This document shows positions 42,301 to 55,902 of a stretch of DNA of 64,000 nt, one piece after another. The stretch's first letter is position 1. Every line of letters begins with the position of its first letter. The stretch is from Tubulanus polymorphus (Eukaryota; Animalia; Nemertea): assembly GCF_964204645.1 (NCBI RefSeq), contig NC_134029.1, positions 7,590,850 through 7,654,849 on the forward strand. The letters are read 5' to 3'. The notes below the pieces were generated by a model, which was given only the letters and a program-made list of their open reading frames with translations, had not been told where the DNA came from and made no database searches. Both the position numbers and the translations under genes were made by a program.

Positions 42301-45300
42301 CTTCTCCGTACAACATAAAATAGGGCATGAGGTAGATATCGCGAACTAGCCGCCAATTCGGTTCTTCGTACGGGTTCAAAAGCGACTGACGGCAAACTCC
42401 GAAACTCATCAGGACAATCAGTAATATAACAATGAATGTTAACATGTCTACGACCTAAAACAAGCAAAACAAGTCACAAAAAACACAACAACTACGTCGA
42501 CACAATCAACTTACGGTTGATTTGACTCGCGTAAACTTCACCGTACAGCATGAAGTACGGTTTATGAAATATTTCGGCGACCACGTGCCACGACGGTGGC
42601 TGATACGGCTCGAGAATGGCCTGTCGACAAACGCCGAAACTCATTAAAACGATCAGTAGAATAACTATGAACGTCATCATATCCACTACCTGTAACCGAC
42701 GATATATATAGACAGATACTAAATGAACAAGTTTAAATCTTGAATTTAGCTTCGGAACATAAGATTGAATTTTGAGTTCGAAAAAAAGCCAAATCAAGAT
42801 GGAACTAAAATTCAAGACTTTCAACACCGATAAATCTAAGAATGCCTGGTTTCAATGTAAATATTGACTTGAGACTATCAGACAGACGAATAGTCTATGA
42901 TTGTAGGTGAAAGCCAATCATTGAGTTAATATACTACATAACCGGGTAATTCAAGTACCCGTTACGTGCAAGGTTTTGTATATGCAAAATGATTGGAAAT
43001 CTACATTTCAAGCCCATGGGTTTTCAACTTTTAGCAATACATGTACTTACCATTTTTCCGACCATCATGACGTACGGACCGAGGTATTTATTCACGCTGA
43101 ATATGTCGAGAATTCTGACGTACCAGAATATGATATCGACGCAGTAAAACACCCGTCCGGTCATCATGTGCTCCTCGGTCAACCGTAACGAGACGCCGAT
43201 CACGAACAACAGTATACCCAGCGTGTCGCATATATTCCACAGATCGCCGAAGTAAACATTAAACTTTTGCATGATTTTCACCGGTTCTGACGAGATAATC
43301 TGAAATTGGAAACCAAGTTTTCGATGATCAATTGAATGATGTTAGAGAAGAATTTGAAAGCAAACGGTTAGATGACTTTGACAAGACCAGGTTGTGGTCT
43401 GATTTAACAGTCAACACCACTTAATCAGACAATCTGTTTCGGATATCTGGTAATTTATGTAGGTGGCAAGGAAAAAGATCAAATTCTAGATTAAACAGAA
43501 CTGGAATAAAGCAGGTTTGACTGTAATACCAACGTATGAATGTGCCAGTAGTAATCATTTCTATCAGTGAAATAGGTGAATTAAGAATGTTTGGCATCAT
43601 CATTAACTTGACCATAAATGTTCCAGAAGGACTTGAAGCAAGTTCGGATACTCACCTCGCGGATTTTCTCCATCAGTGTAGTGAAGATATATGCTATAAC
43701 GTATATTTCCTGCCAGCTTGGACTGTCATTGAGTTTCACGAGCACAACATAGTTAAACAACATCATAAAGCCTATATATGCCATCTACAGAAAACAAGGC
43801 CATATTAGAATTCAACCCTAGTCTATTGTACTTGACATTTTTCTTACAAAACAAACTTACTGTATGAAGCCAAAACTTGGTAATAGGAGCTGCATAGAAT
43901 TCATAAATCTTTTTGCCAATTTTCAGCGGGCTTCGACGTTTAAAGTTGAACAGGCCAGCAGAAAAATGGCTTTTATTTGAGATTATGTCGGTGTGGTCGA
44001 TTGTGTCCCCTGATAAACCTTGTTTCAACGTGCTGTTTTCAAATATATGATTGTTGCCTGTGAACCGTGTCTCCTGAACGAAAGAGAAGAAGGCATTCAT
44101 TTTAATTTCTGAAATAATTTTCTAAATCTTCATTACATGCCGTGAGCAGGGCCGTGCCGAGTTATTGGACGTGTGCGCAAAACACATGCGTTAGGAAAGG
44201 CTTTACAACACAAATATTAGAATTTGGTCAAAGTGTTTTGAAAGAAACATTTTAGAATAAATCCATGCGTAGAAATTCGTAATATTGAATATATTTTTCA
44301 ACCCTCAACCCGCTGAGGAGTGCCAACTAGGGAATTTTCATTATTAACAGGTTTGGGGTTTCTTTTCTTCCATCATGAGGGGAGGGAGGGGCTAGAGAAA
44401 TATTGACTAAAAAACTCTGTTGTCACCAGGATTCGGGGGGCAATTGGCTTAAAACGTTTGGCTATACCGGATATCAAAATGTGTACATCTGTAAGAAGGA
44501 ATCACCAAGTACTATAGCATGAAAAATAAACGTTTCCAGTTTCTGTGATTTCATGCAGTATTTTCGTTATTGTCTTGAATTTGAATAAAAATTGTGAGTG
44601 ACGAAAAACAATGAAATCAATTAAAGTGTACAATTAACTCAATACGTTGAAAATCAGTGTTTTGAACGACAACATAAATCCATGCTGAAAGTGTGTAAGT
44701 GGTGTTAGACATGCTTAATGCTATTATATTGAAAGAGAGAATAGTTCATTACCTCCATAGTAGAATTTGTGGGATGTTTTTGCTACAATATGAGTATTAT
44801 ACATTTAGAATAATATACACCACGCGAAACCTGCTCAAAATGAGGAAACTTATCTAACAATCTAATTTTTTCGGCATTATTCAGCGTTTCTTTTTCCTGT
44901 TTTTAAAGGGAAGATGACCAGAGAAACTCTGCTGTTGTTACAGTATTCAAGCGTGTGAATCCTGGATTGGCGAGACGAGAGACAATGGTTTAAACCACTC
45001 ACTTCACACTAGTCTCAAACATTCTTCTACAAAAATGACTGAAGAATTTCTAAGACTAGGCACGAATATGCAATTAGAAGCACTGACCTTTTTCACCACT
45101 ATCAATGAGTATAGGGACTAATGTTAAGTCTAATAAACTCGAATTATTTGACTAGGATTTAGTTAATCTCTTATCAGCAGCTATGCTGTTAAAAATCAGG
45201 TTTTTATCATTCCTAAGCAGACATTCGGCTGGGCGATATCGCGACTCATTCGTACGTACCTCTTGATCCTGAGAATCGTCGGAATTGACCGATATGCTGT

Positions 45301-48300
45301 CGTCTGAGCTGATGCTGCTTTGTTCTAGCTCCCAAATATGTTCCTCCATCGTCTGTGGCATCAGTTGCAACTCTTCTTTACTTTTGAATTCCAGTGCGAT
45401 AATCGTCAAAGGCAACAATATACCCATCAAAACCTAGAAAGAATGAGAGCGCAGAATCTGGTTTGATATTCATCTTTAAGGACATTTTATATACCAGGGT
45501 GGCCGCTTTCTGCCAATTTACAAATTCCCAGCGTTTTTCTTGATTTTTCCATGTTATAACACAAAATTAGTGAATCCAAGGAATTTCTTGGTCTTATGTT
45601 TGCCTGTTTGCCCCAGCATCGGACCAGGCAAGAACCAAAACGGGTTCCGGGAGTGACTCGCTTGGCTTTGTCACGGAATTTTTAGTTTATTGAGTGAGAG
45701 GTTTGTGTGTGAACGCACTCTCTAATTATGCACTGGGCAAATTTGATCTTGGCCAAATCGACTCTGCATGATTGTGGTTTGTGGTTTAAGTCATCTGGAT
45801 CCACAACACAGGCTCAGATTTATACGTACCTTGAGACTAGTGTATTTGCGCATACGGAGACCACCCATCCACATATCAGTGAGCAACATTTGACAACAAG
45901 GATGAGCAATCAGATCACGATGACACGCCGAGACAGCGAGACTTAAACAAGTTTGATCACTCCAATATTTCAGTTCATACGTCAACAGTTGTTGAGTCGC
46001 CTCGTCATCTTGCTGATAACAATGATCCAACAACTCTAAAGCTAGCTGACCAAACTCTCTGCAAAACGATTTCATTTAACTTCAATTGAAATTGAACTCG
46101 GGTTATACTCGGTATAATACGGCGTTGTGAAAGTTTAAGATTAGTCTGGATGAAAATAAGAATTTAGTCCGGACCACAGTCAGATTTTTATTGTCCATAT
46201 ACCTATGTCAGAAACATAGTTGTAACGATTGGTTATGGGACCAAGACTTAGCCGGGTCTTACATCAAGGCAGTTGTTCTTTGATGAAATGAATCTTTAAC
46301 TATATAATCTAAAACTTGACTTACTTTGCATAGGCTTTAAGTTCATCAGATAATTCAACCTCGAGGTCATCCTGAGCAGCTTCATGTGCCATAGATTTAT
46401 ATAGTTTACACGCGACTAATGCCTACATAACAGAAAAATTGCGTGAGCTGCTACATACCTACATTCCATCTAAAGAGGTTTGTCTGACAATTCACTCAAA
46501 AACATTTTGCCACCAAGGTTCAAGGTCATCGGGCAAACGTTTCAAGGCTATTCAACCTCGAGAAAATTACTTTTCGAAGAAAAACTAACGAAGCTGAAAA
46601 AGAGAAATTCGACGTCATATCTCACCTTGCCCAGAGGTTCTTCGCCGTGTTGCCACATGAACAACGCCATCTTTTGTCGCTTCATCAAAACGGCCCATAC
46701 CATTAGGTCGTGAAATGGATAAGTGAACACATCTTGGTAGTTGATACGATCAACAGGCAGTGGTACGTCTGGTACAATATTCGCTATGTGATGTCCCTAA
46801 ACGGATAAATCGACACAAAATGACAGCCTTTCAACTCATTATCAATGGTATCAAATTTTGGAACAAGGACCACGTTAACTCTTCTTATTTTGACTTCAGA
46901 GTTCTAGAGAACTTAACTAGCAATGTGTCCATCCTTAAGCCCAACAGGCACAAACCAGGGTAACTCGAAAACCGAAACATGTTTCCGTGAAACGTGTTTC
47001 CCTCTGTCTCCCTATGTCGTGCGCCTTTACGGGTACTAGAAACATGGTTTCGAGAAAAACGTTTCCAAGATCAAATACGTTCGTTTCCGTGCTCCCCTGA
47101 ATCATGTTCATAGGACTTTGATAAGAATGACTGAGTGATGCTTTAGTGCTATAGGAATCTTTTGTCTCATGCAAATTGAAATAGTGACCCACAGCACAGA
47201 ACCCAGTTGCGAGTCGAATTTCAGACTCTACGTAAAGAGTATGAGAATCAAATAAACTTTACTCAAACAACAATTGCGGTACTGGGCTTTGAGTCTATAC
47301 ATAGTAAGATATTTCCAATGCAACCTAAATCCCATTGTGATGAAAGCTTATATAGTATCAAGGTGCAAATATTTCTCTTCATTTCACTGTGAGCATGGAC
47401 TCTAAAACGAACGATTAATTTTTAGAGTCCATACTCTGACTGAACTACACTTATTCAACTTCTTCGATAAAACAAACGAACAACTTCGGGACTGAAATTA
47501 TGCCATCAAATTGTCAGGGGTCGATCCGCCGCACTTCAACCGCAGGCTACCTCTTAATGGAAAGAATTTACATTCCACTATTAATGAGATTTCGGGATTA
47601 ACGCCCGCTTGTCAGAAACAATCTCAGCTTCGGATAAGACGCGTAATGAAAAATTAAAACACGCCGTAGGATGATCGAACCCCTATAATATTCGTTCGCG
47701 CCGATGGTGCAGATCGGTTGCGAAAAAAAGAAACCGGTGCATTTTTCATTGATTACTTTAAATCAAAAATCAATAGAAATCTTTAACATCAAATTAAGTA
47801 CAGCACCGTCTCAAAACTATTTGAGACGATTTAGCTAGCGTTCCAATCACCATAGATATTTCACGGAATTAATGACAATAAATCTATATGTTTTTCTTCC
47901 CTGGATTTGATACTTATAAGACAGGCTGGGAGAAAAGGCAATAGAAGAAATCAACTAGAGTACATGAAAAATACAAAAACATCACAATCTTCGAAATGAA
48001 TGTTTTGTTTACTAGTACAACCATGGTACAACCTAATTATCGCTTGATTTTGATTCGATTTTGATTTGCATAAGCAAACTGTGCAGAGAATTTAGATAAC
48101 AAAACAGATAGTTGTTATAAACGACCTGATACGACCACTCAAGGACGCAGTTCCACACAATTCGCCGTATGGTTTGACTCCTGAGTTGAAATCAGTAGAG
48201 GCAGTATGAAGTTGGGTCCAGGGTCGTAGCGAACAAACAACATCTGTATCAATCATACTCAGAAATCTAGCGCTTCTATTGGAATTTTGCACCAAAGGAT

Positions 48301-51300
48301 TAAGCAATGTATGGGAACGAATGCGCTAAATGAATCTTTCATGTATTCACTGTCGTTCCTAAAATTGTCCTGTTTTCTCAGCCTGTGATAAATCTACATT
48401 ACGTAGGAATAAATAGGCAGTAATATGGAGATTTTGTCTCGTGTATCACGAATAGTTTACCATATGAAGAAATGTCATACTAATGCTTGGCTGAAAAATG
48501 CAACTTACTACCTTCAGAAAAAAGATTTACTATTCATTACTCATCATTACTTGTACTATTTATCATTATAACTATATTTGCTACTATTCTTATCATAATG
48601 ATAATGGCATTGATAGTTATTATGTTCCTTGCTATAAATATCTGTTATATCATTCAAATGTAAATTCTTGTAATTTAAGTAACAATATTTCATCAATTAC
48701 ATAAGATATAATTCTCTCTATGTATTGCTAATAATGTCCTTTGGACTTCAGCAAGCATGATACTTGTTCATTTACTCTGTATGAAATAAAGGTTAATATA
48801 AAAAAAAAGAAGATTTACGAAAAGGTTTTGTTACACGGCGAAATTACGTAACATTCTAGCCGCGTGGAACGGCAACTATTGTGACGTGGTCTTACAAAAT
48901 ATCTGAAAGAATTTAATAAGAAAATACACGACTACGCTATCGAAAGTGGTGTTATATAGCACAACATTCATTCATCGGCATTCGGGTCGATAAAAGAAAC
49001 TCAAAGAAATCGAAAGAACAAAAAAGAACCTCTAACCTTCGGTGCGGAATTAGATGTTAGAAAAGGTTTGCTAAGTTATATCTAACGGCGTTAAAATTAC
49101 CGATTTCTTTTTTCGAAATCGTGTGCTTCTACTGAACAGAAAATTCGTAACAATTTCCGAAAGACAACCGCATAAATGAAACCGAAACATTTTCGGACGA
49201 CGTCGACGACGAACCGGGTGATCGAGAAGCATAAGTATATTACTGGCAGCAGTAATATTCACATTGACTCGTCGTACAAATAACGCAAAAACCATGCAGT
49301 AACACGAAACACAACAATCATGCGCGAAACGTTTTTAGAAACGAGAAAAAAACAAACTCGAATGTAACGGTTCAATTGATTGAGAAATGGCATTTTGATT
49401 CAACATCATGTATCCGATGTTATAGAAGTTTATTCACTGCGTGAAAGAATTCATTTGCTATTTCTCGAAAGGAAAAGAACCGTCACTCGCTCCAATAGTA
49501 GAACAGTTGACAACAGGCAGGCCATTTTCAGAGGTCACCCCTGATGTTCCGCAGTAGTAATCGAAATTCGACTCTTAGAGCTAGAGTAGTTTAAAAAGAT
49601 AAACTACTTTTTTGACACAAGCCTAAATTAACCAGTATCTGAGCAGTGGTGTTGGAACTATAGCGACTGCAGCAGCAATAATTTACTGAATGAGTTTCTT
49701 TCTACATCGTGTTTTTGACGAAATTGAAGTAAATGCACCGTGCCAATATTAGAACCTGTCAAAAATCGGCAATTGGCCGCGGCAATCAAAAATTGCTTCC
49801 AACGCACCTGCTGAGGAACTGTCTCTGAGGAAGGTTGACAACTCTTGAGCCGCGATCACACGAGCATTTTTGGCCCGGCCCATATTTGGCCTGACCAAAA
49901 AGTTGGACCAGGCCCGCACCAAATTTTAGCACCAGACAAATGATTGCATTTGAATTGCAACTGGCACTGGAAATGATCCACTTCGCTTCGTTTGGCCATT
50001 GTTTAGTATCGAGTGAATGGTTTGCGTGTGAACGCTCTCTAATTAGGCACGCGCCAAATTTGACTCGAGCCTGATCCGTGCCAATTTGGCCCGGGCCAAA
50101 TCGTCTCCGTGTGATCGCGGCTTTGATTGAGTTGAAAAATGTCTAATCATTCAACTTCGGCTTACTATGGAACACGGCCAGGTAACGAACGAAGAATAGA
50201 AAGAGAAGAAAGAGAGATAAAGATAATTAATAGATAGAGACACCATACCTGCATCGCGCTGACTGAATGCTTGGGGGAAAGAGAGATTGACACATTGTTG
50301 GGTTAAGCCACATTTTGCAGAACAGTTACGTAACACGTAACAAACCTGTTTCATTTCGAATAAAAAACCGCCTCTTTTCATAATAGATCGAATCTTGCGG
50401 TTTTCAGTCGATAGTTTCATATCGATAAGCTTACAACACATACATACTATTGATTCCTCTTAGATTCGATTCATTGTCGTGATCAGCATTCAGGAAAATT
50501 CAGATTAGTTAAGTATAAATCAATTTTGCTTCTTTCAATTGGGTGCAGTATAAACTCGAAAAGAACCACAATTTGAGAATATTCACCTAACCATATAACA
50601 GATGCAAAATTCATCCATTCATTTGGCAGTTGCTGTTGGTAATGCATATTTCTATATCTTTGAATTCAAAATATTCTCGAACTCAAATTGTCGGACTTCT
50701 TCAAATTTAGAATCAAAATAAAATCATTTTGTACTTTTTGTATGAACAAAAAATAACTATTAAGAAACTATACAAAATGTTGTATCGTGTTATTCAAAGA
50801 ACTAGGGTCAGGGGTTCACTGTCGAAGCAGATTCTTTAGTTCATGCAACTTCGAATATTGTAATCATGTTAGAGAAAAACCAGAGATTCAGGCATCAAAC
50901 AAAGAGTCACTGTTTATATGCACAAATTCAACCCAGAATCAGTTAGTATTTCGTGCATGCATCCGGAAAATTCAACCAACTCTCGATGCCTAAAGACCTT
51001 GGTTAACACTACATCTCTATCCGGGAGGGTCCATGAAATTTTTTCACCACTTGTAGTACTTAGTTCTTCAAGTATATAAGTAGGATTTCTTTTCTGCCGG
51101 CAATCCAGCTTTACTTCTGAATTATGTAGCGGTCTATCTAATGACATCAACACTAATGTACAGAAAGATGCGGTGTATAAATCGGTGATTGACTTCGCTA
51201 GTACACCGCACTGTGGTGTATTGATGTAATTCGTAAAAGTTTTATTCTCTAATGAAAGATGGCAGCACCTGTCAAACACAGTTAGATTTAAGTAACTAAT

Positions 51301-54300
51301 GATACACTGCGCGTGGTGGAGATGCATTACAGTGGATGCCTGTAATTTCCTCCCGCACTTTAGGGTATCAATTAGTCAGCACTGAAAGGGTTAATACTTT
51401 GAACATGCTACATTTTCTCACAATCAGAAATATCACATGCAAGTGGATACGAAACAGATTTGAAATGTAGTGTAACCACGGCCTTATTTCATCATGCCGC
51501 CTCTGAACAAAATCTGCCCCTCCCGAAAAACACGAACCTGTAAGGTATACTTACAAACAAATGCAGATGTGAACCGGTACTCTGAGAACACAAGAATCAT
51601 TTCTCGATAAGAGGATAATAATCATAATTCGAATCGGACCGGGGGATGAATCCGAGTCGTAGGTGCAAAAAACACGACGGGACGCGAGTAAATTTTCATT
51701 CACATTTCGAGTACGTACTACGTAGATCAAGATGCATATGACATATTCAATGAATATTCGACAACGAAATAAAGAGTTACACAGTCAGCAGCAGAAACAT
51801 GCGCCATTGAATCGAGATACACGGTTACATTTCGCTTGAACGTACATGACGACCTACCACAATCCGCTGTGTACAAAATACGTAGTATCATCAGATCATC
51901 ATCAATAGAATAAAATAATGCGTCTCTGGGCGATTATATGTGCATGTGACCTTAGTAATTAACATGCGCATGTAGTTGATAAATGGAAGGTGTGACAAGC
52001 TGATTACGGTTTACCAAATCATGTAGCTGTACATGTGCAGATGACTTGGATACTAAGATGCACAATTATGATATATGCAGTGGCGGATCCAGGGGATCCA
52101 AATATTAGACTGAAGATTTTTGAAGTCTAACTTTGTATGAGAGCAAATGAAATCGCAGCGAAGCTCGGAAAAAGGGTCTATATTTCTACGAAACCGCCTT
52201 CCTTTCGACCCTGGATCCATCTCTGATATAGTGACTGGCGCTACAAGTTAGCTATGTCTTTGGACGTACATAAAGCATGTGAATTGGGTAGATTGATACG
52301 TGCATCTTATTAATAATTGCATGGGCCAAACACAATGTGTGCTGGAAACTGTCAGAAGAAAAACCGGTAGGAGTAACACGCTAACCCACCCATAGGCAAA
52401 CTGCTAACTGTGACCCTTGAGTTAATTTTTTCCGAAAATATGAATTTCAATTGTAAAGTCATTGAAAAATAGAAGACTGTTGATAAAAACTAATCATGAC
52501 ACATCCCTGGAGAACAAATTTTTCTATCAGACTATTGATTCCTCTTAGATTCGATTCAAATAACTGAAAAACTGACACATTTCCACCTGGGTTCGGCGAA
52601 ATTCCTGTCTATCAAACAGGGCAGGGCTTTCAACTAAGAGATTTAAAATTTTCGTTATTCAAATACACCTGTTTCTTTTTTAGAAATGCTTACCCTTTTC
52701 ATCACTGCGTTGTAGAGAGTCTTGAATTTCTTTCGACAGTACGACGCCCGATAAGCCCCGCCCATTAGGTGCTCGATCGTGAGACCGATGTCAGTGATTG
52801 TGTAACGATAGTCGGCGGGCATATTCTGAAATATAGAGTAAAGAATTTACTTAAGGTGATTTGGAGATGTAAAATATATATCGATTTCGGGTATAGTAGC
52901 ACTGGAGACTTGTTGAAATGCCTGAATGAGACAATCAAGACATTGCCAAGATGGCAGAATTGGATTGTATTCGACTGAACGATACCTTTTTCACGTCTCT
53001 GACCAGATAACGAAGAGTGTTCGATGGACCACATTTCTGAAAGATTAAATTTCAAATTAATCAACAAGATTGAAATTCTTATCGATCTCAGGAGGGAGTA
53101 TCATGGCCATTAGATGGCAGCGATTCTCTTTACGTATCATCAATACGACAACCTACCGTATTATACAGTTCTTCCAACCTGGGGATGGTCAGAAATTTTT
53201 GCATGCTGACTCCATTTTCAAGCAGGAGTTTCACGAAGTCAACACGATCATTGACCAAAGCATCCATCATAGCTTGCTCCAAAGACCCTTCCTGTAAATG
53301 TGAAATATGGAGAGCATGGTGGTGATACCCCGTAGCTTAATTACTACGATCCTTTACATTCGTGCACTTCTGGAAGAAGAATTATCTACTTCACCTTTGA
53401 TTGCCGCGTTTGGAAGGTGTTCCGAATTCTCTGTGATGGCAGAAATCTTCTACCGAAAAGAATATTCCAGCTTCCAGAAGATCACGATCGCAAATGGCCG
53501 ATATTTCCAAAATGTCATCAACCACACCCTATGTACTTACCGGCCACTCTTGTCCATATACAAAGATATGACTGCGAGCTATATCGACCCTGTTCCAATT
53601 CAGGGCCAGATTCAGCTGGTCCGGCGCGGTAGCCGAACTTTGTCCTTTGAGCAATGCTGTTAAGATGGCCAAATCGATATCCTGACAAGGACCTTCACCC
53701 ATACGGAATACCGTTATCTGAAAAACCAGCGATAAGTCAAGAGTTGGTTTTTTGGGATCTCTTTCTTTCCGGAATTTGAACGAAATACACTCCAATTACC
53801 AATTCCTTTTTCTTGACGCACATCATCAGTTCGATGAACAATTTCTCTGCTTGTTCTTTGCTATATTGAAAGGTTTTCTCGATCGTCAAAATCAGCTGGT
53901 CGCGTAAACTTTCCGGCATTGTTCTGAAAAAGAAGTCATAGAGTTTTTGATTTTCTAATGTTGAAATGCAGACTCAACTGGTTTTCGCATATTTTCATTT
54001 GTTCATGTTTTTTGCCAGGCATCCATTTTTGCTATCTTCACATCAATAGGACCCAGGTCAGGGAGAACGTACATACCCGTCATCTTGGGAATATTTGTGA
54101 GTAAAAGCTAGTAGATCAGCAGCGCGACCACTACCATCACAAACAACAACGGGAACGGGAGGCGTATCGGTTACGTGTTCGAGCACTGTGCGAATCGTAT
54201 TGGTTCCTCCTTCCAGTATCAAACATACAACCGGAACGGCCTGACCACGATCACCCTTCTCTCCTAATCCTTAACAAACGATACCAAGATTGAACATGAG

Positions 54301-55871
54301 TGAGATATTTCACGTGACGTGTAAGATTTCATCTAAATTAAGCAAATACTTTGACCAAGGATAGAAATATAATGAACTATCATTCATAGAAAATCTTCTA
54401 CCCTGTTTTATATCAGGGGTGAATCCAGAGGCAGATAGCAGAAAGAAATGAAAAGGGCACTTATACTGAAAAAGGGCCAGTATCCACGCAGCCAAAACAA
54501 GGGTCTGGAAATTTCAATGCATTTTCATATAACTTCTAGGTACTTGAGACGTACATTAAGAGAATATAAGCTAAATCTTATGCTGCAGACTACTATGTTG
54601 TTATTTGCAGGTGGAAAAATGCCCTGAAAATATTGCCATTGTATTTTCAAAAGGGCACGGGAAACTTGTAATGGGAGCATGTCTGGATCCGCCAAGATTA
54701 GTTATAACTTTAATCATAAGATTAACTCATTAAGCGGATTGTTGTCTGTAGTAATAACGTACAGAAATAGAATAGTATAGGCGTTATTAGGGAACCGCAA
54801 AAACCGCTTTCAGTAAAGTAATGGCCCAGTGGTGCTTATAAATCACGAAATTTATGCTCACTCGTATTAAGCCTTTGTTGCGAAATGTACTTCTCCAATC
54901 TTCTCCTCAGAATAATTTCACTGCCGTATTTCCCAACAGTTCCATTATCGACCAGTAAGAAGTAAGAATGATTGCTGTTGAGGACGGCGCAATTGCTCTT
55001 CGGTTTTGCGATAGCGTGGTATGGACGAACAACCTGAAAAGTCGAGAAAAATTAATATTTTTAGTAGTAGAACTGTTAGAACTGGTTTGTACTGAGCCAA
55101 ACTGTGGAAATTGGCAATTAGAAACTACCCACAGTATATGTGATCACCTACCATTAGCTAAATGGATAATTTTTAATAACTTAAATCTTTAAAGATCGGT
55201 AAAATTTTCAATTTTAACCACAGAATTAATCCCGCTATCTTTGTGAAAAATACAAATTTTCTTCAGATTTTTCACATGAATCAAAATAATCAAAAGTTGA
55301 ATCTAAATTCAAACTTCATGAAATTGGGTAGCAGTAGTATAACATTCACCTCAGTACTCAAAATTTGCCAATTATAATCATAGTTTCTTTTTCGATCATT
55401 ATCCCCTAGTTATCAACTCCCGGATATCAGATGGCTGATCTAAAAACAGCGCCACAAGAGTTTTTACTCACGGGACAACAGGTTTTTACTTACGTCACGG
55501 CCGATCAGTTCAGCTCTTCCATCAACTACACCCCAAGGTGCTACACCTAATGTGACAACCTTGTTCGCCTGCTTTACCGAACGATCCACCAGAGCATCTC
55601 CAACGTGTCGCATAACACCTGTGAATAGTTTGACAATCACATCATATGTCCGCGCACACAACCTAATTATGCCTAACTTATACGTCTTTATAGGTCCAAC
55701 TTTACTCACAACTTTTGATAGTAACAGTAGGACAAGACTTGCATAGAAACTAAGTACACATTAAACACTAATTTGAAAAAAGAATCAAATGATATGATAT
55801 GATTTCACCGAGAACAGGAGCATACGGAGATAAGTTATATTCTTTCAGTAAAATGCAGTGTGAAAAAAGAA

Positions 55872-55902
<31 letters not shown>

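Noticed and set aside
42280-42689. Assembly duplication or haplotype artefact as the source of the twin exons
   Set aside because: The copies differ at 17 residues and many synonymous sites, and the flanking introns are not duplicated.
45088-45129. Additional TRPM micro-exon with a GTCAGT donor
   Set aside because: The upstream acceptor gives an immediate in-frame TAA, and the alternative acceptor lacks a pyrimidine tract.
47080-49140. Other candidate TRPM cassette exons (about 47080-47150, 49037-49070, 49101-49132)
   Set aside because: They need a phase-2 upstream partner that I could not identify; unsupported without RNA data.
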